The notes under the pieces: model-generated | Told to the model about the DNA's origin: nothing | Databases searched by the model: none | Seen by the model: the letters and a program-made list of their open reading frames with translations, nothing else | Shown: piece after piece, positions 43,545 through 54,340 of the stretch | Position numbering within the stretch: the first letter of the stretch is position 1 | Layout: every line of letters starts with the position of its first letter | NCBI GenBank assembly: GCA_002269645.1 | Contig: NIVC01002054.1 | Coordinates: 124,001-188,000, forward strand | Length of the DNA: 64,000 bases | Source of the DNA: Macrostomum lignano | Lineage: Eukaryota | Direction of reading: 5' to 3' | Position numbers and translations under genes: made by a program

Positions 43545-44220
43545 CAGCAGTTGTCAGTCAGTTCGTCAGTAGTTCAGTGGTTCGGTAGGTCAGTGGGTCA
43601 GGTCAGTAGCTCAGTGGTTCAGTGGGTCAGTATAGGTCAGTGGGGCAGTAGGTCAGTGGGGCAGTAGGTCAGTGGGCCAAGTCAGTGGGTCAATGCTACA
43701 GTAGATCAGTGGGTCAGGTCAGTAGGTCAGTAGTTAGGTGGGTCAGGTCAGTGGGTCGGTGGGTAAGTAGGTCAGTGGGTCAGGTCAGTAGTTCAGTGGT
43801 TCGGTGGGTCAGTGGTTTAGTGGGTCAGTAGGCCATTGGGTCAGTATAGGTCAGTGGGCCAGTAGGTCAGTGGGTCAGAATGTCAGTGGGCCAAGTCAGT
43901 GGGTCAATGCTACAGTAGATCAGTGGGTCAGGTCAGTAGGTCAGTAGTTAGGTGGGTCAGGTCAGTGGGTCGGTGGGTAAGTAGGTCAGTGGGTCAGGTC
44001 AGTGGATAAATGGGTTAGTAGATCAGTAAGTCAGGTTAGTGGGTCGGTGAGTCAATAGGGCAGTAGATCAGTAGTTCAGTGGGTCAGTAATTTAGTGGGC
44101 CAATAATTTAGTGGGTCAGGGGGTCAGTAATTCAGTAGGTCGATAGTTTAGTCGGTCAGTGAGTCAGTGGAACAGAGAGTCAGTCAATAGGTTACAGAGT
44201 AGTGAGTCAACCGGTCAGTC
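43545..44220. repeat. Degenerate ~10-bp repeat (gggtcagtag/gtcagt) upstream of HPS5
   Basis: Direct reading. Confidence 0.88.
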
Positions 44221-44599
44221 ATTGAGTTTATCAATTATTTATTACAATTAAAATAAAAAAAATAAAAAAACTTTCAATAAAGTTGATTTCAGTACACCAA
44301 AGCTAATTATGCAATTATCGAAGAAGTAACAGGTTAATCGATGCAGTTAAACCCCCTGGTGTACTTTTCCATAGCAAAGCAATGTATTTTGCACTTGAAT
44401 AATTCCATTAAAATTGACAAAAAATACACGACTACACAGCAGGCCCCAACAAACGAATGAGGGAGAAGGTTATTAAATGTGCAACGAACTACTCGTACAA
44501 AAGTCTTTTTAATTGCATAGCGAAAGAATTTAACACACGCTGCTCATATACGAGCTGGTTCCGTTCGAAGTCCCCACCTCATTCTTTAAGCTCTTTTTA

Positions 44600-46740
44600 C
44601 TCGCCTCTATCTCTCACTCTACTCTCACTTATCTCTCACTCTACCCTCACTATCTCTCACTCTACCCCTCTCATCTCTCACTCTACCCCTCTCATCTCTC
44701 ACTCTACCCCTCTCATCTCTCACTCTACCCCTCTCATCTCTCACTCTACCCTCACTATCTCTCATTCTACCCCTCTCATCTCTCACTCTACCCTCACTAT
44801 CTCTCATTCTACCCCTCTCATCTCTCACTCTACCCCTCTCATCTCTCACTCTACCCTCACTATCTCTCATTCTACCCCTCTCATCTCTCACTCTACCCTC
44901 ACTTATCTCTCACTCTACCCTCACTTATCTCTCACTCTACCCCTCTCATCTCTCACTCTACCCCTCTCATCTCTCACTCTACCCCTCTCATCTCTCACTC
45001 TACCCCTCTCATCTCTCACTCTACCCCTCTCATCTCTCACTCTACCCTCACTTATCTCTCACTCTACCCTCACTATCTCTCATTCTACACCTCTCATCTC
45101 TCACTCTACCCTCACTATCTCTCACTCTACCCTCTATCTCTCACTCTACCCTCACTATCTCTCATTCTACCCCTCTCATCTCTCACTCTACCCTCACTAT
45201 CTCTCATTCTACCCCTCTCATCTCTCACTCTACCCTCACTATCTCTCATTCTACCCCTCTCATCTCTCACTCTACCCTCACTATCTCTCATTCTACCCCT
45301 CTCATCTCTCACTCTACCCCTCTCATCTCTCACTCTACCCTCACTATCTCTCATTCTACCCCTCTCATCTCTCACTCTACCCTCACTTATCTCTCACTCT
45401 ACCCTCACTTATCTCTCACTCTACCCCTCTCATCTCTCACTCTACCCTCACTTATCTCTCACTCTACCCCTCTCATCTCTCACTCTACCCTCACTATCTC
45501 TCACTCTACCCTCACTATCTCTCCCTCTACCCTCACTATCTCTCACTCTACCCTCACTTATCTCTCACTCTACCCTCACTATCTCTCACTCTACCCTCAC
45601 TTATCTCTCACTCTACCCTCACTATCTCTCACTCTACCCTCACTATCTCTCACTCTACCCTCACTATCTCTCACTCTACCCTCACTTATCTCTAACTCTA
45701 CCCTCACTATCTCTCACTCTACCCCTCTCATCTCTCACTCTACCCTCACTATCTCTCACTCTACCCCTCTCATCTCTCACTCTACCCTCACTATCTCTCA
45801 CTCTACCCTCACTATCTCTCACTCTACCCTCACTTATCTCTCACTCTACCCTCACTATCTCTCACTCTACCCCTCTCATCTCTCACTCTACCCTCACTAT
45901 CTCTCATTCTACCCCTCTCATCTCTCACTCTACCCTCACTATCTCTCATTCTACCCCTCTCATCTCTCACTCTACCCTCACTATCTCTCATTCTACCCCT
46001 CTCATCTCTCACTCTACCCTCACTATCTCTCATTCTACCCCTCTCATCTCTCACTCTACCCTCACTATCTCTCATTCTACCCTCCCTATCTCTCACTCTA
46101 CCCTCACTATCTCTCATTCTACCCCTCTCATCTCTCACTCTACCCTCACTATCTCTCATTCTACCCCTCTCATCTCTCACTCTACCCTCACTATCTCTCA
46201 TTCTACCCCTCTCATCTCTCACTCTACCCTCACTTATCTCTCACTCTACCCTCACTATCTCTCACTCTACCCTCACTATCTCTCACTCTACCCTCACTAT
46301 CTCTCATTCTACCCCTCTCATCTCTCACTCTACCCTCACTATCTCTCACTCTACCCTCACTATCTCTCACTCTACCCTCACTTATCTCTCACTCTACTCT
46401 CACTCTACCCTCACTTATCTCTCACTCTACCCTCACTTATCTCTCACTCTACTCTCACTCTACCCTCACTTATCTCTCACTCTACTCTCACTCTACCCTC
46501 ACTTATCTCTCACTCTACCCCTCTCATCTCTCACTCTACCCCTCTCATCTCTCACTCTACCCCTCTCATCTCTCGCTCTACCCCTCTCATCTCTCACTCT
46601 ACCCCTCTCATCTCTCGCTCTATCCCTCTCATCTCTCACTCTACCCCTCTCATCTCTCGCTCTATCCCTCTCATCTCTCACTCTACCCCTCTCATCTCTC
46701 ACTCTACCCTCACTTATCTCTCACTCTACCCTCACTTATC
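44600..46740. repeat. 21-bp minisatellite (tctctcactctaccctcacta / tctctcactctacccctctca) between UBA3 and HPS5
   Basis: About 100 units. Confidence 0.97.
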
Positions 46741-46909
46741 AAATTTCTGAATTAACCAAACTACAAAACTGAATAGCGATGGAATTGGAATCAGACGGGA
46801 TAATATATATATGATGCTGTGTTATATAGGGAAAAGTACAAAAAGTACTTCTAGAACTTTAATAGAAATTAAAAATAGAAGACCACCAATGCTTACACGG
46901 CGACATAAA

Positions 46910-49900
46910 TTAAGTCTCCATACCGTCTTCAAGATTGAGCACAAAAGTGACGGGTTTCATGCCACTCTGAGCACTGTCAGTAACATTTAGCACTGTATTA
47001 GAAAGCAGGCCTAATTCTGCCAGAGATTTGTCTAAATTGTCAGCTAATTGATCGCGCAGAAATGACAAGTCCATGTATAGGGTGACATCGCGACCTTCAA
47101 CGCAAGCGGTGAGGCTCGGCCGTGTCATACCGTGCTCCGACTTCAATTGGTTGATGACGGTCTGCAGCGAGTCCCGACTATTGAACGTCAGAGGCTTGGG
47201 CGGAGGCTGGCCGCACACGTCGCACTGGGGATTCCGCTCCAACGGCACAACATTCACGGCTACGCCTTCGATGTCGCTGAAGTTAGCGAAGTTGTTCAAC
47301 AGCGGGTAGCAGCCGGTGATGGCTTTGAATACTTCGGTGACGCACTGGGCGCTGATGACAGCGTTGGTGGATGCCACGGCTGGAATGATGTGCTTCACTA
47401 CGCCCTGAGTCAGCCGGAAATCCGGTTCCCGGATGCCGAATTGTCTGGCACGTTTGCAGGCCTCCGTGCGAATCCAGTCCACGTGGTGTGGGTCGTCTCC
47501 GTCTACGGGCACCTGGGGGTGGGCAATTTAGTGATCAGTGGGGTGGGGAATTTAGTGATCAGTGGGGTGGGCAATTTAGTGATCAGTGGGGTGGGGAATT
47601 TAGTGATCAGTGGGGTGGGCCAATTTGGTGATCAGTGGGGTGGGGAATTTAGTGATCAGTGGGGTGGGGAATTTAGTGATCAGTGGTGTGGGGAATTTAG
47701 TGATCAGTGGGGTGGGCAATTTAGTGATCAGTGGTGTGGGGAATTTAGTGATCAGTGGTGTGGGGAATTTAGTGATCAGTGGTGTGGGGAATTTAGTGAT
47801 CAGTGGTGTGGGGAATTTAGTGATCAGTGGTGTGGGGAATTTAGTGATCAGTGGTGTGGGGAATTTAGTGATCAGTGGTGTGGGGAATTTAGTGATCAGT
47901 GGTGTGGGGAATTTAGTGATCAGTGGGGTGGGCAATTTAGTGATCAGTGGTGTGGGGAATTTAGTGATCAGTGGTGTGGGGAATTTAGTGATCAGTGGTG
48001 TGGGGAATTTAGTGATCAGTGGGGTGGGCAATTTAGTGATCAGTGGGGTGGGGAATTTAGTGATCAGGTAGAGTGGGGGAATTTAGTGATCAGTGGGGTG
48101 GGCAATTTAGTGATCAGTGGTGTGGGGAATTTAGTGATCAGTGGTGTGGGGAATTTAGTGATCAGTGGTGTGGGGAATTTAGTGATCAGTGGTGTGGGGA
48201 ATTTAGTGATCAGTGGTGTAGGGAATTTAGTGATCAGTGGTGTGGGGAATTTAGTGATCAGTGGGGTGGGCAATTTAGTGATCAGTGGTGTGGGGAATTT
48301 AGTGATCAGTGGTGTGGGGAATTTAGTGATCAGTGGTGTGGGGAATTTAGTGATCAGTGGGGTGGGCAATTTAGTGATCAGTGGGGTGGGGAATTTAGTG
48401 ATCAGGTAGAGTGGGGGAATTTAGTGATCAGGTTGAGTGGGGAATTTAGTGATCAGGTTGAGTGGGGAATTTAGTTATCAGGTTGAGTGGGGAATTTAGT
48501 GATCAGATAGAGTGGGGAATTTAGAGTGATCGGTGAAGTGGGGAATTTAGAGTGATCAGGTTGAGTGGGGAATTTAGTTATCAGGTTGAGTGGGGAATTT
48601 AGTTATCAGATAGAGTGGGGAATTTAGAGTGATCGGTGAAGTGGGGAATTTAGAGTGATCGGTGAAGTGGGGAATTTAGAGTGATCGGTGAAGTGGGGAA
48701 TTTAGAGTGATCGGTGAAGTGGGGAATTTAGAGTGATCGGTGAAGTGGGGAATTTAGTGATCACATAGATTGAGGAGTTTGTTGAAAAAGAGTCGGGAAT
48801 CTAGAGAAACATAGTGGGGAAATTTAATGAGTTGATGAAGGGGTAATTTAGAGAGGTAAAGTGTGGAAATTCAGTGAAGTAGAGTAGGAAATGTAGTAAG
48901 TAAGCTACAGAGAAATTGAAGAGAGTTGAAATAGCTTAGTAATTTCATAATTGGAACGGGGTATTTAGAGTGCTGAAAATGCAGAGCTATTGTATTTAAT
49001 TTAATTTTCATTCCGTTTTCATTACCTCTTCGCCGAACGGCCACTCCTGGGGCCACTGCATAATCCTGGCGAACTCGATGCAGTGCTCTGGCAGCCGGGG
49101 AGTGTGGGCCAGAGTGCACAGAGGGAACCCCTGCTGGGTGCTGCTATAGAGGTCGGCTGTGCACTCCAGACACGGGGTGGCGTGGGCTCGAACCACCCGG
49201 CAGTGGCCCTGAAATCCTTGGGTGCCGCCGTCGATCAGGGGGATGACGCTGGTCGGAATGGGCTGATCAGACTCGTCAAATTGAACCAGGGAGCAGACTA
49301 TCTGGTTGAGGCGGCGCCTGCGGGGATTGAGATTCGGCTACTCTTGTACCTGGATACAGACAGACGGACAGGCAGACAGATAGACAGACAGACAGAAAGA
49401 CAGACAGACAGACAGAAGGACAGACACTCAAACAGACAGACACTCAGACAGACAGACAGACAGACAGACAGACAGGCAGGCAGACAGATAGACAGACAGA
49501 CAGAAGGACAGACAGACAGACAGTCCCGCTCGCACCTGGCCTGCACGCTGTCCAGGCCGCACACGATGCACATGAACTGCCTGTAGAACTCCAACGGTTT
49601 GTCCTCCAGTTTGCCAAAGTGCGGCGTCACCCGGCAGCCGGAGACGCGGCGTTCAACAAATTCGGCAGCAACGACGGCCTTCGGCCTGCCGATGTCTTTG
49701 GGGCGGAACAGAAACTGGCGATTCAGATTGGACAGATCGATGGTGTCCATGTCGATCAGATGCAGATTGACAAAGCCGCTCAGGGCGAGGTCTTTCAGCA
49801 TCTCGCAGCCGAGACCGCCAGCCCCGACAACCAATATCTGGACAAGATCTGAGCGAATCGCTGAGAATAGCTCAGGATCGGGTTCGAACTCAGGACCGCC

Positions 49901-49969
49901 CAAGGGCCCGGCCCGCTCTAATAGCCGACGCACGTGGCGCCAACGATTGTCTGTGCCCGGCGAGCTCTG
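46910..49969 (-). CDS. UBA3: NEDD8-activating enzyme E1 catalytic subunit. Exons: 49969(or 49966)-49536, 49317-49026, 47512-46910; no in-frame ATG precedes the conserved N-terminus
   Basis: [62 protein letters not shown], catalytic [45 protein letters not shown]. Splice phases are consistent; about 443 aa with an initiator Met. Confidence 0.95.
47515..48770. repeat. 24-bp minisatellite (gggaatttagtgatcagtggtgtg) in UBA3 intron 2
   Basis: About 50 copies abutting the acceptor at 47513-47514. Confidence 0.97.
49360..49522. repeat. (GACA)n in UBA3 intron 1
   Basis: Direct reading. Confidence 0.93.
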
Positions 49970-50335
49970 CTGTTGGAATAAATTCGTTTAGCGATTTTCA
50001 AAACTACTGCTACTAAAGATACTACTACCTTAATAATTGGGTAAAACTATTGGAAAACTACACGAGAAAACCACCGCATTGATTAAAAATCCAGGGCCTA
50101 AGCAAACTAGCACTAGAGTGTGTAGTATATGCTGCACAAGTATCGCACAATTCATCGATAAGAGCCAAGAATATAAGATAAGAATAAGTTTGCTGTCATG
50201 CCGTTGCAGCATTTGACCGATTTATATCCAAGCACCTGCGAAGTACTGCACTTGCTTTGCGTTTAACCAACTCTTCCAGAAACCCTAAGCAAGAAATCAA
50301 TTCTTTTTTTCTGAAAAAAAAAGCAATCCGAAACA

Positions 50336-51842
50336 ATGCGAGGCCTAATATTTCTAACCGCTGACAATTCTTTGAAGTTGAAGAACGATCTGCAAGATCC
50401 AAAGCCGAACAGCGAAGAGGTCGTAGTACGGGTTAGCCATTGCGGAGTATGCGGTACAGACCTGCACATCATGCAAGGTCACTTTCCCGTGGCTGTGGAG
50501 ACTCAACTAGTCCTGGGCCACGAGTTCACCGGCTGGCTGCAGGAAGCGAATACCGATAGCAAGAAAAATCAAGACGGAAACTTCGGCACTCCCGTGTTTG
50601 TCAATCCGAATGGTCGGTGCGGCTACTGCATCGGTTGCCAAGAGGTTTGTTTCACTTAGCAACACAGTGAAATAATAAATATTCGGACAAAAGCTGCGGG
50701 CACCCTGACGCAAGGTCTTCGGAGACATCGTCTCACAACCAGAGTTGACGGCAATTTTGTCCATTTCGCTGACTCCTAAGCACAAACAAGCGCACCAATA
50801 CTGTACGCAAGCACGCACTCACACACGCTCACACAGGGGTGGACAGCGGCCCTCTGACTTTCGAATCGTCAGGCACGACACCCACGGTGCGTTAAAAGCT
50901 GGCCCTCACTGGTGTGAATCGCACGACAACCACTCAACCAACTTGGTTGCACACGGAATCAAACCAGGGGTCGTTTTGCTAGAGTCAGACGGGTTTACCG
51001 CTGAGCTGCTCTGCCCCTAGCAACAGGCATTGCATAAACCAGCCTTAATGAATTTTTCCGTGAAAAAACACTCGATCAAAACACCCTATTAGGGCCGAGT
51101 GCACTTCTGCGGCTACCGAGCTATGGGTGCCGCTTCAGTGGGCGTCGGTCGAGACGGCGGCTGGGCGGAGTTCGTGGCGGTGCCAGCCAATCAGGTTCAC
51201 CGAATGCCTAAAGATCTGCCGATGTCAACTGGAATTCTGGTTGAGCCAATCAGCTGCGTGCTTCACGGCTACGATCGGCTGTTCACCGCTGGAGCAGCCA
51301 AGCAGCTGGACCCAACTGACTCTGTGCTCATTCTGGGTGCTGGCATCATCGGTCTGCTTTGGGCCTGCCTGCTGCACCAGCGTGGCTACCGGACCATTCA
51401 CATCAGCGACATTTCTCCGGAGCGACGCCAGGTCGTTACTAACATGAAATTAAACGGCATGTCGCCTAAACAACCAACCGAGCTGCTTAGCAACACCTAC
51501 CAGCTGATCGTGGACTGCACCGGAGTGCCAAAGGCGCTCGAGTCGGCCTATAAAAGCCTGTCTAGCGGTGGCATCCTGTGCGTGTTCGGATGCGCACCAG
51601 AGGGAGTCAAGCTGAACCTGCCGTATTATGACCTGGTCAACCGAGAGATCACCGTTGTGTTTTGTCGCGTTAATCCGTTCACAAGCGACCGAGCTATCGA
51701 CCTGACGCGTCGTTTACATCTGGACGGCTACCTGGACTTGGACCGGCTGGGCATTAAGGTATTCGGACTCGACCAGCATCAGCAAGCCTTTGAAATGCTG
51801 AACAATCGTCAGGCACCTAAGGTTGCCTTCCGGCTAAACTGA
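50336..51842 (+). CDS. Zn-dependent medium-chain (MDR) dehydrogenase, sorbitol/threonine-DH-like, copy 1; join(50336-50644,51093-51842), 352 aa
   Basis: CGVCGTDLH and LGHE catalytic-Zn motifs, CGYCIGC-x7-C structural Zn, GAGIIG NAD-binding motif, acidic residue in SDISPERR. Phase-0 GT-AG intron. Confidence 0.93.
50665..51017 (-). mobile_element. tRNA-derived SINE (353 bp) inserted in the intron of dehydrogenase copy 1
   Basis: Minus-strand head GGGGCAGAGCAGCTCAGCGG...GGTTTGATTCC; perfect TSD TAGCAACA at 50657-50664 and 51018-51025; body aligns by eye with the SINE at 13613-13977. Confidence 0.85.
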
Positions 51843-52510
51843 GCGAGGGCACAACAGAAGTGACAGTGTTCTTAGTTTAATTTTTTAAAACGGTTGCATG
51901 CTAACTATTGATGACAATATTCAGACGAAAGCCGTTTAAGAATACAAAGTTCGAGTTGGAGAAGGAAACTCGGATATTTTTTTGATTCTTGGGAGGTATG
52001 GATAATTACGAGCGTAGTTTCGTTTTTATCGTTCTGTAGCTATCTCATTGTCAAAGATCAAGCACAATTGTGATCTATTAGGAACAAGATAATACGTACA
52101 TCGTCGAAACAGGCAATGCTAAAAGTGGCCGTAAAAGCTCGCGTAACGTGGAAATTCAAGACTAGCATCAAAGCAGCAAGATTTACTGTGAGGCAAAAGT
52201 AAAACATGTTGACGGAATTTCAGCTGACCCAAGCACAGTACATGAAAGGTAGATAGCATTACCTGCAAGCATTACCTAACGAATTCGATACAACTCTAGA
52301 ATAGCCATGAAGCGTTTAAAAAAGAGCGCAGCGTAACCTTGTTACCAAATCAAACCACTGATAAGAGACGCAAACAGATAAGAAGGTAACCATTTCTTGT
52401 TTCGTAGGCTGTATTTAATCGCACAGAAGACACGCCTCTCTAAGCAGAATTTATTTTGCTAGTTTCAATGCTAAGACAATAAGAATCAAGTTTAGCAACT
52501 ATTTGCAGCT

Positions 52511-53644
52511 ATGCGCGGCCTAGTGTTTGTAACTAGCGACAGCTCACTACAGCTGCAGGATGATATTCAAGTGCCTAAGCCGACTTCTGAAGAGCTACTA
52601 GTACGGGTTAGCCACTGCGGTGTATGCGGAACAGACCTGCACATCATGCAGGGCCATTTCCCGGTGGCTGCTCGATCTACTCTCGTACTCGGACACGAGT
52701 TCACTGGCTGGCTAATTGATGGCGATGGAAGCCAGCCAAGTAAAGGCAAATCCAACACGCCTGTTTTTGTCAATCCGAACGGACAATGCGGCTACTGCAA
52801 CGAGTGCCAACGGGTAAAACTTTCATGGAAGCATTTAATTGACATTTGAAATGCACTACTGGATAGAAAGACAAGTTTTTGCATATCATTGCAGGGTCTG
52901 GTGCACTTCTGCCCCCAGCGTACCTTAGGCGCTGGAGCTGTAGGTCTGGCAAGAGACGGCGGCTGGGCGGAGTTCGTGGCGGTGCCAGCCAATCAGGTTC
53001 ACCGAATGCCTAAAGATCTGCCGGTGTCAACTGGAATTCTCGTTGAGCCAATCAGCTGCGTACTACACGGCTACGATCGGCTGTTCACCGCTGGAGCAGC
53101 CAAGCAGCTGGACCCAACTGACTCTGTGCTCATTCTGGGTGCTGGCATCATCGGCCTGCTCTGGGCCTGCCTGCTGCACCAGCGGGGCTACCGGACCATC
53201 CACATCAGCGACATCTCTCCGGAGCGACGCCAGGCTGTTGAAAACTTGAAACTTGACGGCGTGTTGCCTAGGCAACCAACCGAGCTGCTTAGCAACACCT
53301 ACCAGCTGATTGTGGATTGCACCGGAGTGCCAAAGGCGCTCGAGTCGGCCTATAAAAGCCTGTCTAGCGGTGGCATCCTGTGCGTGTTCGGATGCGCCCC
53401 GGAGGGAGTCAAGCTGAACCTGCCGTATTATGACCTGGTCAACCGAGAGATCACCGTTGTGTTTTGTCGCGTTAATCAGTTTGCTAGCGATCGAGCCATC
53501 GACCTGACGTACCAGCTGCACCGACAGGGTTACCTGGACTTCAACCGGTTGGGCATTCAAGTCTACCCACTCGATCAGCACCAAAAAGCATTCGAAACGT
53601 TAGGCAAGCGTCAGGCACCGAAGGTGGCCTTCCAACTGGGCTGA
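52511..53644 (+). CDS. Zn-dependent MDR dehydrogenase copy 2; join(52511-52813,52895-53644), 350 aa
   Basis: Same motifs and same intron position as copy 1; the intron is 81 nt. Confidence 0.93.
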
Positions 53645-54340
53645 ACGGACATTTTCATGACAAATTTGACGTTTTGAAAACTTGGTTTCTAACCGTGAAC
53701 TGATAAATTGTTAATGGCCAAAAGAAAGTGGGAAATTTTTTTTCGACCTAGCTCGTATATGTAACGAGATCTATGCCTAGAAACGTCTTCTAGAATTCTA
53801 GAAACGCTATGTTTTCTCTCGGTGAGTAGTATGTTTAATATAGCAATCCTAAAACAACCATTAAATATAAAAAATAAAAAACACAAATTCGACTTCACAG
53901 CATTACAACATCCCTTGTATTTTTATGCAACAGATAGACAGAAAACAACTGACAATTACTAACGTGCCAATTAGTTATTCAGCCAGAGTAGTCAAAAATG
54001 CATATCAACATATCAACAGAATAGAGGCGAGTTTCCGAACTTATGAGATGTTCTGCAGAATCGAACAGCTTTAAGTAGAAACCATCGTACAGAAACGTGT
54101 CCAAAAATATTTCGCTTCGTTAACTTTAAATGACGAGTTTTTTATCCAACTCTGAAGTAATCTTAAAGGTGGATTGTTAAGATAAATTACCTGTTATCAG
54201 TGACTACAGTATTTTTCGTTTCCTACTCTTCAAGATCGCTAAAGTTTATAAGTAATGCGTGATCAACATCAAAAAGCGTAAAAGGCGTCACATCCTTGAG
54301 CTAAGACAATGCAAGACGAGATAGTCAACTCAAGTATTGC

